In this document: positions 39,257 through 48,159 of the stretch, in pieces | How positions within the stretch are numbered: position 1 is the first letter of the stretch | Layout of the letters: each line of letters starts with the position of its first letter | DNA from: an uncultured archaeon | GTDB taxonomy: Archaea > Asgardarchaeota > Thorarchaeia > Thorarchaeales > Thorarchaeaceae | Direction of reading: 5' to 3' | NCBI GenBank assembly: GCA_964391265.1 | Contig: CAYMLT010000001.1 | Location: forward strand, 905 to 64,904 | DNA length: 64,000 nucleotides | The notes under the pieces: model-generated | What the model was told of the DNA's origin: nothing | The model's database searches: none | Seen by the model: the letters and a program-made list of their open reading frames with translations, nothing else | Made by a program: the position numbers and the translations under genes

Positions 39257-40693
39257 TTAGTTTCTAGATCTCAACCGTTTCCGTAAATCAAGAGTTTTCC
39301 GCAACTTCATCAAGAACTCAGTTTTACCTCCTCTCACCTTCCACCCTTCAATTTCTTGAGAAAGTTCGTAGATTTGGTCAAGGACCTGTAATCTCATGGT
39401 TGGACTCACGGACTCAACAAAAACTTCATGCTCCATGAGGTCATTCTTGATTAGAAGTAACTCAATGAGATAGATTCTCCAACTATCTGTTTCTTCAGAC
39501 AATTTCTCCAGTTCTTTCTGAAGATCTTCCAACTGCCTGAACCCTTCCTTTACCTCCCCTCTAGCAATGACCTGTTGAACAGCCTTTTTCCTTGCAGAGT
39601 ATTCGAACTCGTTGGACCAGAGGGGTTTATTCGTTTCTTCGTCTAATTCTATGTATTGCAGACCGGTTTGGATTTGCACCTTACTCACCAGTTCAGGCTT
39701 GAATCCCTTAGCCTCCAGTAGTTCTCGGATATCCTCCGAGAGTTTCTCACAATCTCTGATCTTTTCTTCTGGTATGTGATAGGCAATACTCTCCAAGATT
39801 AGGTTTTGGTTGTGTTCCAGACTTGCTTGTGCATACAACGGAACTGTGAAGGTTTTTCCTTGGTACAATTGGTTTGAGGCATCAGAACTAGCTGACCACA
39901 CTACATGGTCAAAGGCCCACGTAACACTGACCTGCCACAGTTCCTTCCGCTCTGGAGGTCTTATTCCAGTTCGTTCTTGTTCCTCCAGTATCTTAGGTAC
40001 TAGTTTGCGATATGTTTCCACAATGGAATAACTCTCTCTGAACTCTTTCGGCAGGGTTGATATATCTGGTGTATTGAACTCGTGAATAATCCAATCTGAA
40101 CCTCTTTTGTATACCAAAGCACCAGTCTTGAGGAGGGTGGTAAGGGCGTGCCCTTTCATCATTACAGAGTCAAGTCGTATGACATCCTCAGAGAGGTCAT
40201 CGTACTCAGGGATTACCCTCCAACACGCACCATGACCCTTGGTCGTTTCGAAATATAGGCTATCGGGTTGCCCCGGAGGTCCTTCTAAGTCTTGGAGGTA
40301 TCCATCCCTTCTGCTCTCATCCTTGAACGTCTTGTCCTTGGATAGTGTACTCTTAGTACATACTCCCTTTTCATGGGTGATTCGTAACTCAAGACCAGGC
40401 CATCTACGAGCTTGCACCAGTCCCTTCGCCGTAGGAGGAAGATTCAACTTGGTTGTAGGGAAAGGATTTCTTCTCTCCACCCAGGGCCTAAGAAGAGCCG
40501 TATCATCATCATAAGTGATAGATTTGTCACTGAATCTATCAAAGACCAATCTTTCCTTTTCCACTATCACAGGTTCGCATTCAAGACTGGGGCGTCGTAA
40601 AATCTCGATGATATCACTTGTACGCTTCACGACTAATTTCCCAATCACAGATCCATTATCATCAGGTTCTAAGAACTCTAGGTTATACATCAT
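39257..40693 (-). CDS. Hypothetical protein (478 aa) with a C-terminal coiled coil
   Basis: Long ORF; no motif recognised. Confidence 0.35.
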   Translation of the reverse strand: MMYNLEFLEPDDNGSVIGKLVVKRTSDIIEILRRPSLECEPVIVEKERLVFDRFSDKSITYDDDTALLRPWVERRNPFPTTKLNLPPTAKGLVQARRWPGLELRITHEKGVCTKSTLSKDKTFKDESRRDGYLQDLEGPPGQPDSLYFETTKGHGACWRVIPEYDDLSEDVIRLDSVMMKGHALTTLLKTGALVYKRGSDWIIHEFNTPDISTLPKEFRESYSIVETYRKLVPKILEEQERTGIRPPERKELWQVSVTWAFDHVVWSASSDASNQLYQGKTFTVPLYAQASLEHNQNLILESIAYHIPEEKIRDCEKLSEDIRELLEAKGFKPELVSKVQIQTGLQYIELDEETNKPLWSNEFEYSARKKAVQQVIARGEVKEGFRQLEDLQKELEKLSEETDSWRIYLIELLLIKNDLMEHEVFVESVSPTMRLQVLDQIYELSQEIEGWKVRGGKTEFLMKLRKTLDLRKRLRSRN

Positions 40694-40861
40694 TGACTCC
40701 TTATCCAGGGATACACTACATCGTGCTGTCTTGGTCTTCCCATAGGCTCTGGCAATAATCCTAAGCCCATATTTGATATCCTGCCCTAAGCTTCTTGAAA
40801 CATCTCTGACTTGTGATGCATTGATGCCCTGTAGTGATGGGTCGTTACGTAGTGTGTAACT

Positions 40862-41965
40862 CTAAAGCAAAGTTACATCTTCCTTAGCACGAATCCAGTA
40901 ATCGAACCGTCCAATTGGAATCCACCCACCATACCCCAGGTCGCTAATCCAGAGACCTCTGACACCTTGATATGTAGCGACCATAATTGGAACTCCTTTT
41001 GATACGTCTGCCTTTTCAGCCATGACTCTGAGTTTTGTCATATCGGTTTCACCCCAATAGGGACGGTCCCTGAGGATGTCCTGTAAGAGGGGAAAGATGT
41101 TCCATGTTGAAGAGAACGGGAGTTGGAGCAAATTAACGTTCATCTCAGAACTCCCAATTCTGGATTGGAATACTAACCAGATGGCTGATGGATGCCTCTC
41201 TTTCTTTTCTTTCACTGGGATTATCCGACCAAAGAGGACATCAGACGGACCATTCTTCTGGATGACTTCTCCAAGATTTCTGACCTTTCTTGATAATGTG
41301 TCTAGAAGCCTTCCTCTATTCAAAACGGATTTGCCAGTCTTGTGCTGTGCATGATAGAGTGGTGAAAAACCCAACGTCATCAATTGCCAAGGTAGAATGA
41401 ACTTCCAGAGTCTCTCAAGAAGACCGGTTGAGGGTTGTGAGATGTTGTTTTGTTCGAGTGCTGCAAGTAGTAAGAAGAAGAACTGATTACCTGTTAGCAA
41501 TAGGATTCCTGGGTACCTAAGAGAGAGTTTATACATTGCATCAGATGATTGTGGGGTCAGACCTTGGGGCGTCTTTAGTCTGAGAGGTCTGAGTGCTTTC
41601 CAGATTAGTTTTGTCTTTGAATAGTTCTCCAAAAGCTGAGAAACATCCCTCAAGACATGAAAGAGTTCGCGTCCCTTTTTCTTCCTGATTTTCTTAGGAT
41701 CTAGGATGACAGAGAGCTGATTCAAGAGTCCCTTCCATCGGTTGCTTTCACGGGACCTTAGAAGTCTGGTTGCTGCTCTCAAGCCATTCAGTTCCTTGCG
41801 AACCATGTCTGCAAGAAAGATAGACACATCGGTGCCCTGTGGAGTAAGGTCCGTCTTCTTGACCATGAAATCGCTCGTATTGTCGCTGCAAAGACTGTCT
41901 GGTTCTGTGAACAACATCAAGTACAGAAAATCTTCTTCGAGGACCTCAGGAGCTTTCAGGCTCAT
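40862..41965 (-). CDS. Hypothetical protein (367 aa)
   Basis: Long ORF. Its first roughly 40 codons are antisense to the TnpB remnant, so the real start is probably an internal Met. Confidence 0.3.
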   Translation of the reverse strand: MSLKAPEVLEEDFLYLMLFTEPDSLCSDNTSDFMVKKTDLTPQGTDVSIFLADMVRKELNGLRAATRLLRSRESNRWKGLLNQLSVILDPKKIRKKKGRELFHVLRDVSQLLENYSKTKLIWKALRPLRLKTPQGLTPQSSDAMYKLSLRYPGILLLTGNQFFFLLLAALEQNNISQPSTGLLERLWKFILPWQLMTLGFSPLYHAQHKTGKSVLNRGRLLDTLSRKVRNLGEVIQKNGPSDVLFGRIIPVKEKKERHPSAIWLVFQSRIGSSEMNVNLLQLPFSSTWNIFPLLQDILRDRPYWGETDMTKLRVMAEKADVSKGVPIMVATYQGVRGLWISDLGYGGWIPIGRFDYWIRAKEDVTLL

Positions 41966-42292
41966 GCAGGGTCGAAAGACCTATCGTACAATCTGAGTTC
42001 AAACCTCTGGGGAAAAGTCATCGACACGGTCAGATACATGCGAGAGTCCCTTGGACATAACAAATACTCAGTCTGGACAGTGAATCCCCAGTATATCTCT
42101 CAGACCTGTCATGTGTGTGGGGAGAGAGGGAAGCGAGTAGAAGATGAAACCTCCACCACTGAGAGAAAAGGTGGAGAGTACTTCTACTGTGTAAGGTGCG
42201 ATGAGCATTTCCATGCCGATGTGAATGCGGCTCGAAACATTATTCATGTACAAGATAACCTATCCAGTGTCGCTCCTGGACGTGCAGCTTGA
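41849..42292 (+). pseudogene. tnpB: TnpB (IS200/IS605 OrfB) C-terminal remnant: RuvC-II/III plus zinc finger
   Basis: Stop-free frame IFFEDL...VNPQYISQTCHVCG...YCVRCDEHFHADVNAARNI. The N-terminal roughly 250 aa are absent or scrambled upstream. Confidence 0.7.
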
Positions 42293-42414
42293 TATTCAAG
42301 TTTGTACAACTTACAATGAACGACAGGACGGAAGCTTCCCGCTAACCTGCCAAAAGACCAATCATATTAGCAATAATCTTAAATCACAGCCCAAACCTGA
42401 ATGTTTCCAGAATT

Positions 42415-42486
42415 GCGATCGTTGTCTAGTGGTTATGATGTAGGCTTCCCAAGCCTATGACCCGGGTTCGAGTCCCGGCGATCGCA
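42415..42486 (+). tRNA. tRNA-Gly (anticodon CCC), with CCA encoded at 42487-42489
   Basis: Acceptor GCGAUCG/CGAUCGC, anticodon loop UUCCCAA, T-arm CCGGG-UUCGAGU-CCCGG. Confidence 0.85.
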
Positions 42487-42590
42487 CCATTACTTCTAGT
42501 AGAGGGTTGGGCGAACCTAAATTCATGTCCAATATCTGCAATTCTTGAAATCCAAGCTTTCAACCCGTGACGGAATCCAGAGAATGAGTT

Positions 42591-42619
42591 CCGCGGGAGT
42601 TCAAATCCCGGTGGCCGCA
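42591..42619 (+). other. tRNA-like 3' fragment (T-arm plus acceptor 3' strand UGGCCGC plus discriminator A)
   Basis: CGGGA-GUUCAAA-UCCCG hairpin, then UGGCCGC-A-CC. The acceptor strand is exactly complementary to the GCGGCCA fragment at 39169. Confidence 0.35.
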
Positions 42620-42840
42620 CCGACTTCTTGTTTTCAGATGACATATAAGCCCAGGCTTATGACATGTCATGGCGAGCGATGAATGTCATGACCCCGATGA
42701 GTCGATATGACAATGACTTGGATCTTGAGTTAGGAGCTTGCCACTATTACTTTCGGCCACCTCTACCACCAGTGTGCGATTAATAGTACAATTCACACAA
42801 TCCTTTTAAGTTGCCTCTGACTTGATTACTTTGGTTTGGG

Positions 42841-44046
42841 ATGCCAAGAGACTATGTGGAAGACGAACTCAGTCGCAAGAGCGTATTCAAATCAGAACAC
42901 TATTTGTCGATTGATTATGTTCCAGAGAATCTACCCCATAGGGAAGGTGAGCTGAGAACATTAGCCCAAAATTTCAAGACTCTTATCACATCCCCTGGTC
43001 GCACAAGTCAGAAGTTCATAATCGAAGGTCCTGTAGGTACTGGAAAAACCGCTGTAGCAAAACGTTTTGCGGAACAAATGGTCCAAGCTGCTCAACGTCG
43101 TGATATTCGTTTCCACAAGCTGCATATCAATTGCAGAGTGAACAAGAGTGCTTATCTAGTCTATCTCAAGATTCTACGACAATTCAAGCCAAAATTTCCA
43201 CGAAGAGGGCATTCTCCAGAAGAACTTCTGCAAATAATTGTTGAAATATTAGAGGCTGAGGATCGATATCTCCTTCTAATTTTGGATGAGCTTGACTATT
43301 TCATAAAACAGAAAGGGGGAGATATTCTGTACAATCTCACTCGACTCATGGATGACCAGCTCAACGCACAACAAAGACTATCCATGATTGGCGTTGGTCG
43401 CCATATCCCTCTTGATAGTAGTATGTTTGATCCTAGTACACTGAGCACCCTGCAAAGGAATATTATCCGATTCGAGAAATATACTGATTCTGAATTGAAT
43501 GACATACTTGTTGAAAGAAACAAGATGGCATTTGTAGAGGGTGCGGTGATGCCTGAAGCATTGCAGTTAGTATGTGAGATAGCATCCGAACGAGGTGATG
43601 CAAGGTACGCAATAGAATTACTCTGGCGCGCAGGTAAACAGGCAGACAGATTGGAATCTTCTGAAATAATTCCAGATTATGTCAGAAAGGCCAAGGCCGA
43701 CACACACCCCGAAATAAGAAAGGAAGTCCTTGAAAGCTTACCTAAACAGAACCAGCTTCTACTTCTTGCAGCTGCTAGAAAACTGAAGGAAGGCCAAAGT
43801 GCGTATGTAACAATTGGAGAGGTAGAAGAAATGTATCGTTCAGTTTGTGAGGAGTACAATTTCGAATCGCGAGCTCATACTCAGGTTTGGGAATGGGTCC
43901 AAGATTTGAATGCTCATGGGGTAATCGATACAAAACGTTCTGGTGTTGGGCAAAGAGGCCAGACAACCCTGCTGGGTCTTTCTGACATCCCTGCTGACCT
44001 GCTCGAACAGTACCTACTTGGCATACTAGATAAAGGAAGGTTGTAA
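42841..44046 (+). CDS. orc1: Orc1/Cdc6 replication initiator
   Basis: LSIDYVPENLPHREGEL, Walker A GPVGTGKT, Walker B LILDELD, sensor 2 GDARYAIELL, and a C-terminal winged helix. Confidence 0.9.
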   Translation: MPRDYVEDELSRKSVFKSEHYLSIDYVPENLPHREGELRTLAQNFKTLITSPGRTSQKFIIEGPVGTGKTAVAKRFAEQMVQAAQRRDIRFHKLHINCRVNKSAYLVYLKILRQFKPKFPRRGHSPEELLQIIVEILEAEDRYLLLILDELDYFIKQKGGDILYNLTRLMDDQLNAQQRLSMIGVGRHIPLDSSMFDPSTLSTLQRNIIRFEKYTDSELNDILVERNKMAFVEGAVMPEALQLVCEIASERGDARYAIELLWRAGKQADRLESSEIIPDYVRKAKADTHPEIRKEVLESLPKQNQLLLLAAARKLKEGQSAYVTIGEVEEMYRSVCEEYNFESRAHTQVWEWVQDLNAHGVIDTKRSGVGQRGQTTLLGLSDIPADLLEQYLLGILDKGRL

Positions 44047-44050
44047 GGCA

Positions 44051-44335
44051 ATGAATCCAGAATCATACCCACGAATTCCTATTGAAGAATTATTTTCATC
44101 CAGAGGTAGAATGAAAGTACTGAAAGAGCTTGCAGAAGAAAAAGAATTGCTTATTTCAGAAATATGCAGACGAGTCAGTCTTAATCACAGCACAACAAAA
44201 ACACACCTTCGAGCATTGGTCAAATCGGGACTTGTAGAAGAGAAAATCCATGGTCGCATTAAGATGTATCGCTACAGAACGGAAGATATTCGAGCCCGTT
44301 CATTAAAGAATTTTCTTGACCTCTGGGATTCATGA
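44051..44335 (+). CDS. Small winged-helix DNA-binding protein cotranscribed with orc1
   Basis: 94 aa with a wHTH pattern (ELLISEICRRVSLNHSTTKTHLRALVKSGLV). Starts 4 bp after the orc1 stop. Confidence 0.45.
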   Translation: MNPESYPRIPIEELFSSRGRMKVLKELAEEKELLISEICRRVSLNHSTTKTHLRALVKSGLVEEKIHGRIKMYRYRTEDIRARSLKNFLDLWDS

Positions 44336-45179
44336 AGGAGAATCATCCTTGATAAATTACATAGCGCGTTTATTCTATCTTGGAGCATCATACCATGGGT
44401 CACAATGGCAGCCTAATGTACGTACTATTCAAGGAGAGTTAATAGATGCACTAAACTCATGGAGTGGTCAAGAGTATAACACTGAATCTGTTATACTGTC
44501 TGGTCGGACCGATAAAGGAGTAAATAGCATAGGTCAAGTTGTTAGATTTGATTCTAGAGAACCTCTTAACCTTGACAAGGTCAATGCGTATCTTCCAGAA
44601 GACATTGTCCTATGGGCACATTCAGAAGTTCCTGTTGCCTTCAATCCACGATATGATATTCTTTCTCGGCATTACAGGTACTATTTGAACAATGCAAATT
44701 TTTCTATGGATTTGGAAAGAATCAAAAAAGGAGCAAATTTGCTAATCGGAACTCACAACTATGCACTTCTTTCAAAACCAGATACAGGACGCAACACTCG
44801 AACCACAATCCTGAATGTATCCGTTAGGTCAACTAACGACACACTGGTTTTCGATTTCTTCGGAGTCAGATTCCTTTGGAAGCTAGTGCGAAAGTCTGTG
44901 ACGTTACTAAAGTGGATTGGCTTAAACCTCTATTCTCCAAGTATAATATCTGATTTACTTACTAGCAAGGAAAGAATCCCAGGGGGTATCGATCCCGCAC
45001 TTCCTGAGGGACTTGTTCTAGTAGAAGCAATTGTCCCGATAAGAATGAAACCAAGTATGAATGCTTTAAAGCTGATACGAAAAGTAGTGAATAGCAATCT
45101 CGGTTATTTCAGGAGATCTACAGCAATGCTTGAAGGGATTAACGCCGACTATCTTTTTGACCGAGTGCCCCTTTACTAA
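44316..45179 (+). CDS. truA: tRNA pseudouridine synthase A (TruA/Pus3 family)
   Basis: YLGASYHGSQWQPN, the TruA signature; 287 aa. Confidence 0.7.
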   Translation: MTSGIHEGESSLINYIARLFYLGASYHGSQWQPNVRTIQGELIDALNSWSGQEYNTESVILSGRTDKGVNSIGQVVRFDSREPLNLDKVNAYLPEDIVLWAHSEVPVAFNPRYDILSRHYRYYLNNANFSMDLERIKKGANLLIGTHNYALLSKPDTGRNTRTTILNVSVRSTNDTLVFDFFGVRFLWKLVRKSVTLLKWIGLNLYSPSIISDLLTSKERIPGGIDPALPEGLVLVEAIVPIRMKPSMNALKLIRKVVNSNLGYFRRSTAMLEGINADYLFDRVPLY

Positions 45180-46362
45180 CTCCAAGCCAAACCGCAAAAT
45201 CTTTTCGCTGGTTAGGGGCAATATCAACAATCACATCTATTGTACGAATACACTTTTCATATGCCCTTTCTCTAGAAACTCCCATAACCTCTGCTGCAAC
45301 AGAAATCACCTCTCCCTTCTTCTCCTTCCGTTTTCTCCCTTTCCATATAAGAAGGGACCAAACAGGTTGTGTGTACTCCACTTTTCGGTAAGGTGTCTTG
45401 CTTCTACTTGATACCATATTTGAGGAAAGAAAATCATATACATATGAAAGAAGTTTCCAGTTTTGTTGACGCATTATTCTTCCTAGGTACAAATCTGCTT
45501 TAGATAGTGCATCCAAACCCACTTCTAACTCTGAAGGGCTGGACAAGTGGAGGTGAATGTTTTCCTCTAGCCATGATAACAAAGTATCATGATCAACATC
45601 CGATTCAGAAACAATCATTCTTGCAGCATCAGGATCAGCTAGCATAAACAAACGACGAAGGGTCTGGGTTACATTCCTTCTTACATCTCTTCTACCCAAG
45701 CCCTCGTCATCTTCCTTCAATTGTCCCTCTATAATAGCTTCCAAATCCGATATTGCAGCCCTAAGATCCCCTCGAGAGCGCGTAACTATATTTTCCAATG
45801 CTTCATTTGACACTTGTCTAGGGTTATCTTCTACAATTCTTCGTAGAACTTTGATTGCCGAATCATTATCTATGACATCAAACTGGAATACTTGACAACG
45901 TTTCATTATATCTTTAAGCTTGGGACTCTCGTAATCATTAGCAGTCATAACAATAGGGTGTGCAGACACATCGATAATCCTGAGAATTGCATTAATGCCA
46001 CCCCTGTCACTTGTTCCCGATAATCCATCGACCTCATCAAGTAATATTACACGGGGTCTTCCATCCAAAGTATGTTGCATTGCAGATCGTGACACTTGTA
46101 TTTCGATGCTGCCTTTGTTGCGTTTATCACTCGCATTAAACTCAACCAACTCAAAACCGAGATCGTTTGCAATAGCCCCCACCACGGCAGTCTTTCCAGT
46201 TCCAGGAGGCCCAACAAGTAGAACAGCCCTCTTTCTTGGCGTTCCCACGCTCCAAGATTTCATCCAATTTACAAAACCTTGGACAATATCTTCATTCCCC
46301 ACCAATTCACGTATACTACTTGGACGATATTTTTCTGGCCAAGGAAGATTTCGTTTAGTCAT
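45139..46362 (-). CDS. rfcL: Replication factor C large subunit
   Basis: [15 protein letters not shown], and a long C-terminal tail; overlaps rfcS by 1 nt. Confidence 0.85.
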   Translation of the reverse strand: MTKRNLPWPEKYRPSSIRELVGNEDIVQGFVNWMKSWSVGTPRKRAVLLVGPPGTGKTAVVGAIANDLGFELVEFNASDKRNKGSIEIQVSRSAMQHTLDGRPRVILLDEVDGLSGTSDRGGINAILRIIDVSAHPIVMTANDYESPKLKDIMKRCQVFQFDVIDNDSAIKVLRRIVEDNPRQVSNEALENIVTRSRGDLRAAISDLEAIIEGQLKEDDEGLGRRDVRRNVTQTLRRLFMLADPDAARMIVSESDVDHDTLLSWLEENIHLHLSSPSELEVGLDALSKADLYLGRIMRQQNWKLLSYVYDFLSSNMVSSRSKTPYRKVEYTQPVWSLLIWKGRKRKEKKGEVISVAAEVMGVSRERAYEKCIRTIDVIVDIAPNQRKDFAVWLGVSKGALGQKDSRR

Positions 46363-47318
46363 TAGATATCCTGTCCTAGTGCAACGTGTGCAAACAAAGC
46401 AGCTAGTTGCACCTCACCATCAGCTCCTTCAGCTACTCGGAATTCTACTTCTGCTGTTCTTTCAAGGATAGTTTGTTTATTGTTCATGCTGATTTCCAAA
46501 CCGTATATCTCCCTGTGAATCTGTCTTATCAAGTCAAGAGGAGCAACGCCCTCTTGAGAAATCAAGACTCTTAGCATACCAAGAGCTTGATCGAAGTTAC
46601 CAGCAATGGCGGTATCTAATAATAATCGGATTCTTTCTGGATCTGCCCTACCAGATATCGCAAAGACTGTGGTGTCGGTTACTACTTTTGCTGAAGATGA
46701 TGCAGCCTGCAGAAGGTTAATCGCTACACGCATATCACCATTGGCCAAGTAGAGAATGGAATCTCTTCCTTTTGGATTGAGTTTGACTCCTTCTTCATTT
46801 GCAACATATTCAAGCCTTTCAGCAATATCTTCTTCACTCAGGCGAGCAAACTTGAAGACTGCACATCTTGATTGAATGGGTGGAATAATTCTGCTTGAGT
46901 AATTACAAATCAAAATCATTCTGCATGAAGAGGCATATGATTCCATTGTCCTTCTCAATGCATGTTGTGCGTCATTTGTAAGATGGTCTGCTTCATCCAA
47001 AACAAGAATTTTGAATGGTGCGCCACCAGCAGGTAACGATCTAGCAAAGGATTTGATTTGGTTTCTAACAACATCTATGCCACGCTCATCACTTGCATTA
47101 AGTTCCATAAAGTTTCTTTCAAAAAACTCGCCGAACAAATCTCTTGCCAAGGCTAATCCTGCTGTGGTTTTTGCAGTTCCCGGGGGGCCTGCAAAAAGAC
47201 AATGAGGTAAGGTTTTCTTCTCTACAAATTTGGCAAGTCTTTCGACAATAATGTTTTGACCTACGATTTCAGTTAGGGTTCGCGGTCTATGTTTCTCAGT
47301 CCAGAGATCAATTTCCAT
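46362..47318 (-). CDS. rfcS: Replication factor C small subunit
   Basis: WTEKHRP, GPPGTAKTT, DEADHL, SRC motif. Start trimmed to the second Met. Confidence 0.85.
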   Translation of the reverse strand: MEIDLWTEKHRPRTLTEIVGQNIIVERLAKFVEKKTLPHCLFAGPPGTAKTTAGLALARDLFGEFFERNFMELNASDERGIDVVRNQIKSFARSLPAGGAPFKILVLDEADHLTNDAQHALRRTMESYASSCRMILICNYSSRIIPPIQSRCAVFKFARLSEEDIAERLEYVANEEGVKLNPKGRDSILYLANGDMRVAINLLQAASSSAKVVTDTTVFAISGRADPERIRLLLDTAIAGNFDQALGMLRVLISQEGVAPLDLIRQIHREIYGLEISMNNKQTILERTAEVEFRVAEGADGEVQLAALFAHVALGQDI

Positions 47319-47477
47319 TTGGAAGTACCATCCAGAATAGCTGAGGCAAATTTCCACTCTCAGCCAAACGCCTTAATGGTTTACCTCGTTTGAATCTTAA
47401 AAGCTTGTTTTTCAAGAGATTCCAATGCTTTAGTCGATAGTAAGGGCTTTATCAGTATGAGCATCAAGACAGAATAA

Positions 47478-48044
47478 GTGTGGTCTATGATACGACTGAG
47501 CAATACAACAAGTGAAATTGTTGAACGATCTCAAATGGAATTCTTGAATCACAATAGAAGGTGTGTGTTTGTAAAGGACACTCCAGAGATAACTATTGGT
47601 GGGGAAAAAATCGGACCATTTACTTCCACATCCCAAGTGGATTTGCCAAACTGGGCAATCGAGAAACTTGTGGCTCATGGAGTTGCCGAGCTGGCCCAAG
47701 ATGAGGACTTGGAATCATTAGAAAATCTCCAAAACATCTCAAGAAATGAAGAAGGTAGCTCACAGCTTCAATCCCTTCACCCTCTAGTTTATTCAGCAAT
47801 TAGTAGGAGAATTCAGAATCTCCAAAGTGACAAGTCCTCATTGGATGAACGCCTATACGACGAGATTGAGAAATTGCAGCGAATAGTACCTATGCTTCTT
47901 GAGTCACGTCTATCCAAAATCATTCGTGTTGCGAAATCTGGCGCATTGCCGGATAAGCGAAAGGACATGGCATTAGAAGAACGGTGGTTCTGTGAAGAGT
48001 TAGCCAATTTAGTTTCGGACTGGCGAAAATCGCTCTTCAACTAA
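47478..48044 (+). CDS. gins23: GINS subunit (Gins23-like: beta-rich domain first, helical domain second)
   Basis: Domain order B then A, and a position immediately upstream of mcm, the classic gins23-mcm operon. Confidence 0.55.
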   Translation: MWSMIRLSNTTSEIVERSQMEFLNHNRRCVFVKDTPEITIGGEKIGPFTSTSQVDLPNWAIEKLVAHGVAELAQDEDLESLENLQNISRNEEGSSQLQSLHPLVYSAISRRIQNLQSDKSSLDERLYDEIEKLQRIVPMLLESRLSKIIRVAKSGALPDKRKDMALEERWFCEELANLVSDWRKSLFN

Positions 48045-48159
48045 GGCCGCTGGTCATACAGGTGCTTAAATATGACCTGAGTAGTCTAATTCATGAAGCA
48101 CAGGCAGATGCTCGGCCGATTGCATACACTTACAACACAATTACGAGAGGCAAACACAT

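Noticed and set aside
42038-42292. Treating the 84-aa ORF-track entry as an intact small gene
   Set aside because: The frame stays open 63 codons further upstream and continues the TnpB RuvC-II motif. It is a fragment of a larger degraded gene, not a small protein gene.
42573-42625. The tRNA 3' fragment as an attR copy of tRNA-Glu or tRNA-Gly
   Set aside because: Its T-arm and acceptor sequence differs from the 3' halves of both intact tRNAs. Over 16 nt it is closest to the tRNA-Pro T-arm, but it is not a duplicate of any of them.
25752-42840. Integrase/recombinase marking the tRNA-flanked region as an integrated element
   Set aside because: I looked for tyrosine-recombinase (R..HxxR..Y) or serine-recombinase motifs in all ORFs of the region and found none. 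The only mobile-element protein is the TnpB fragment. The region is therefore called accessory-like, not a defined integrated element.
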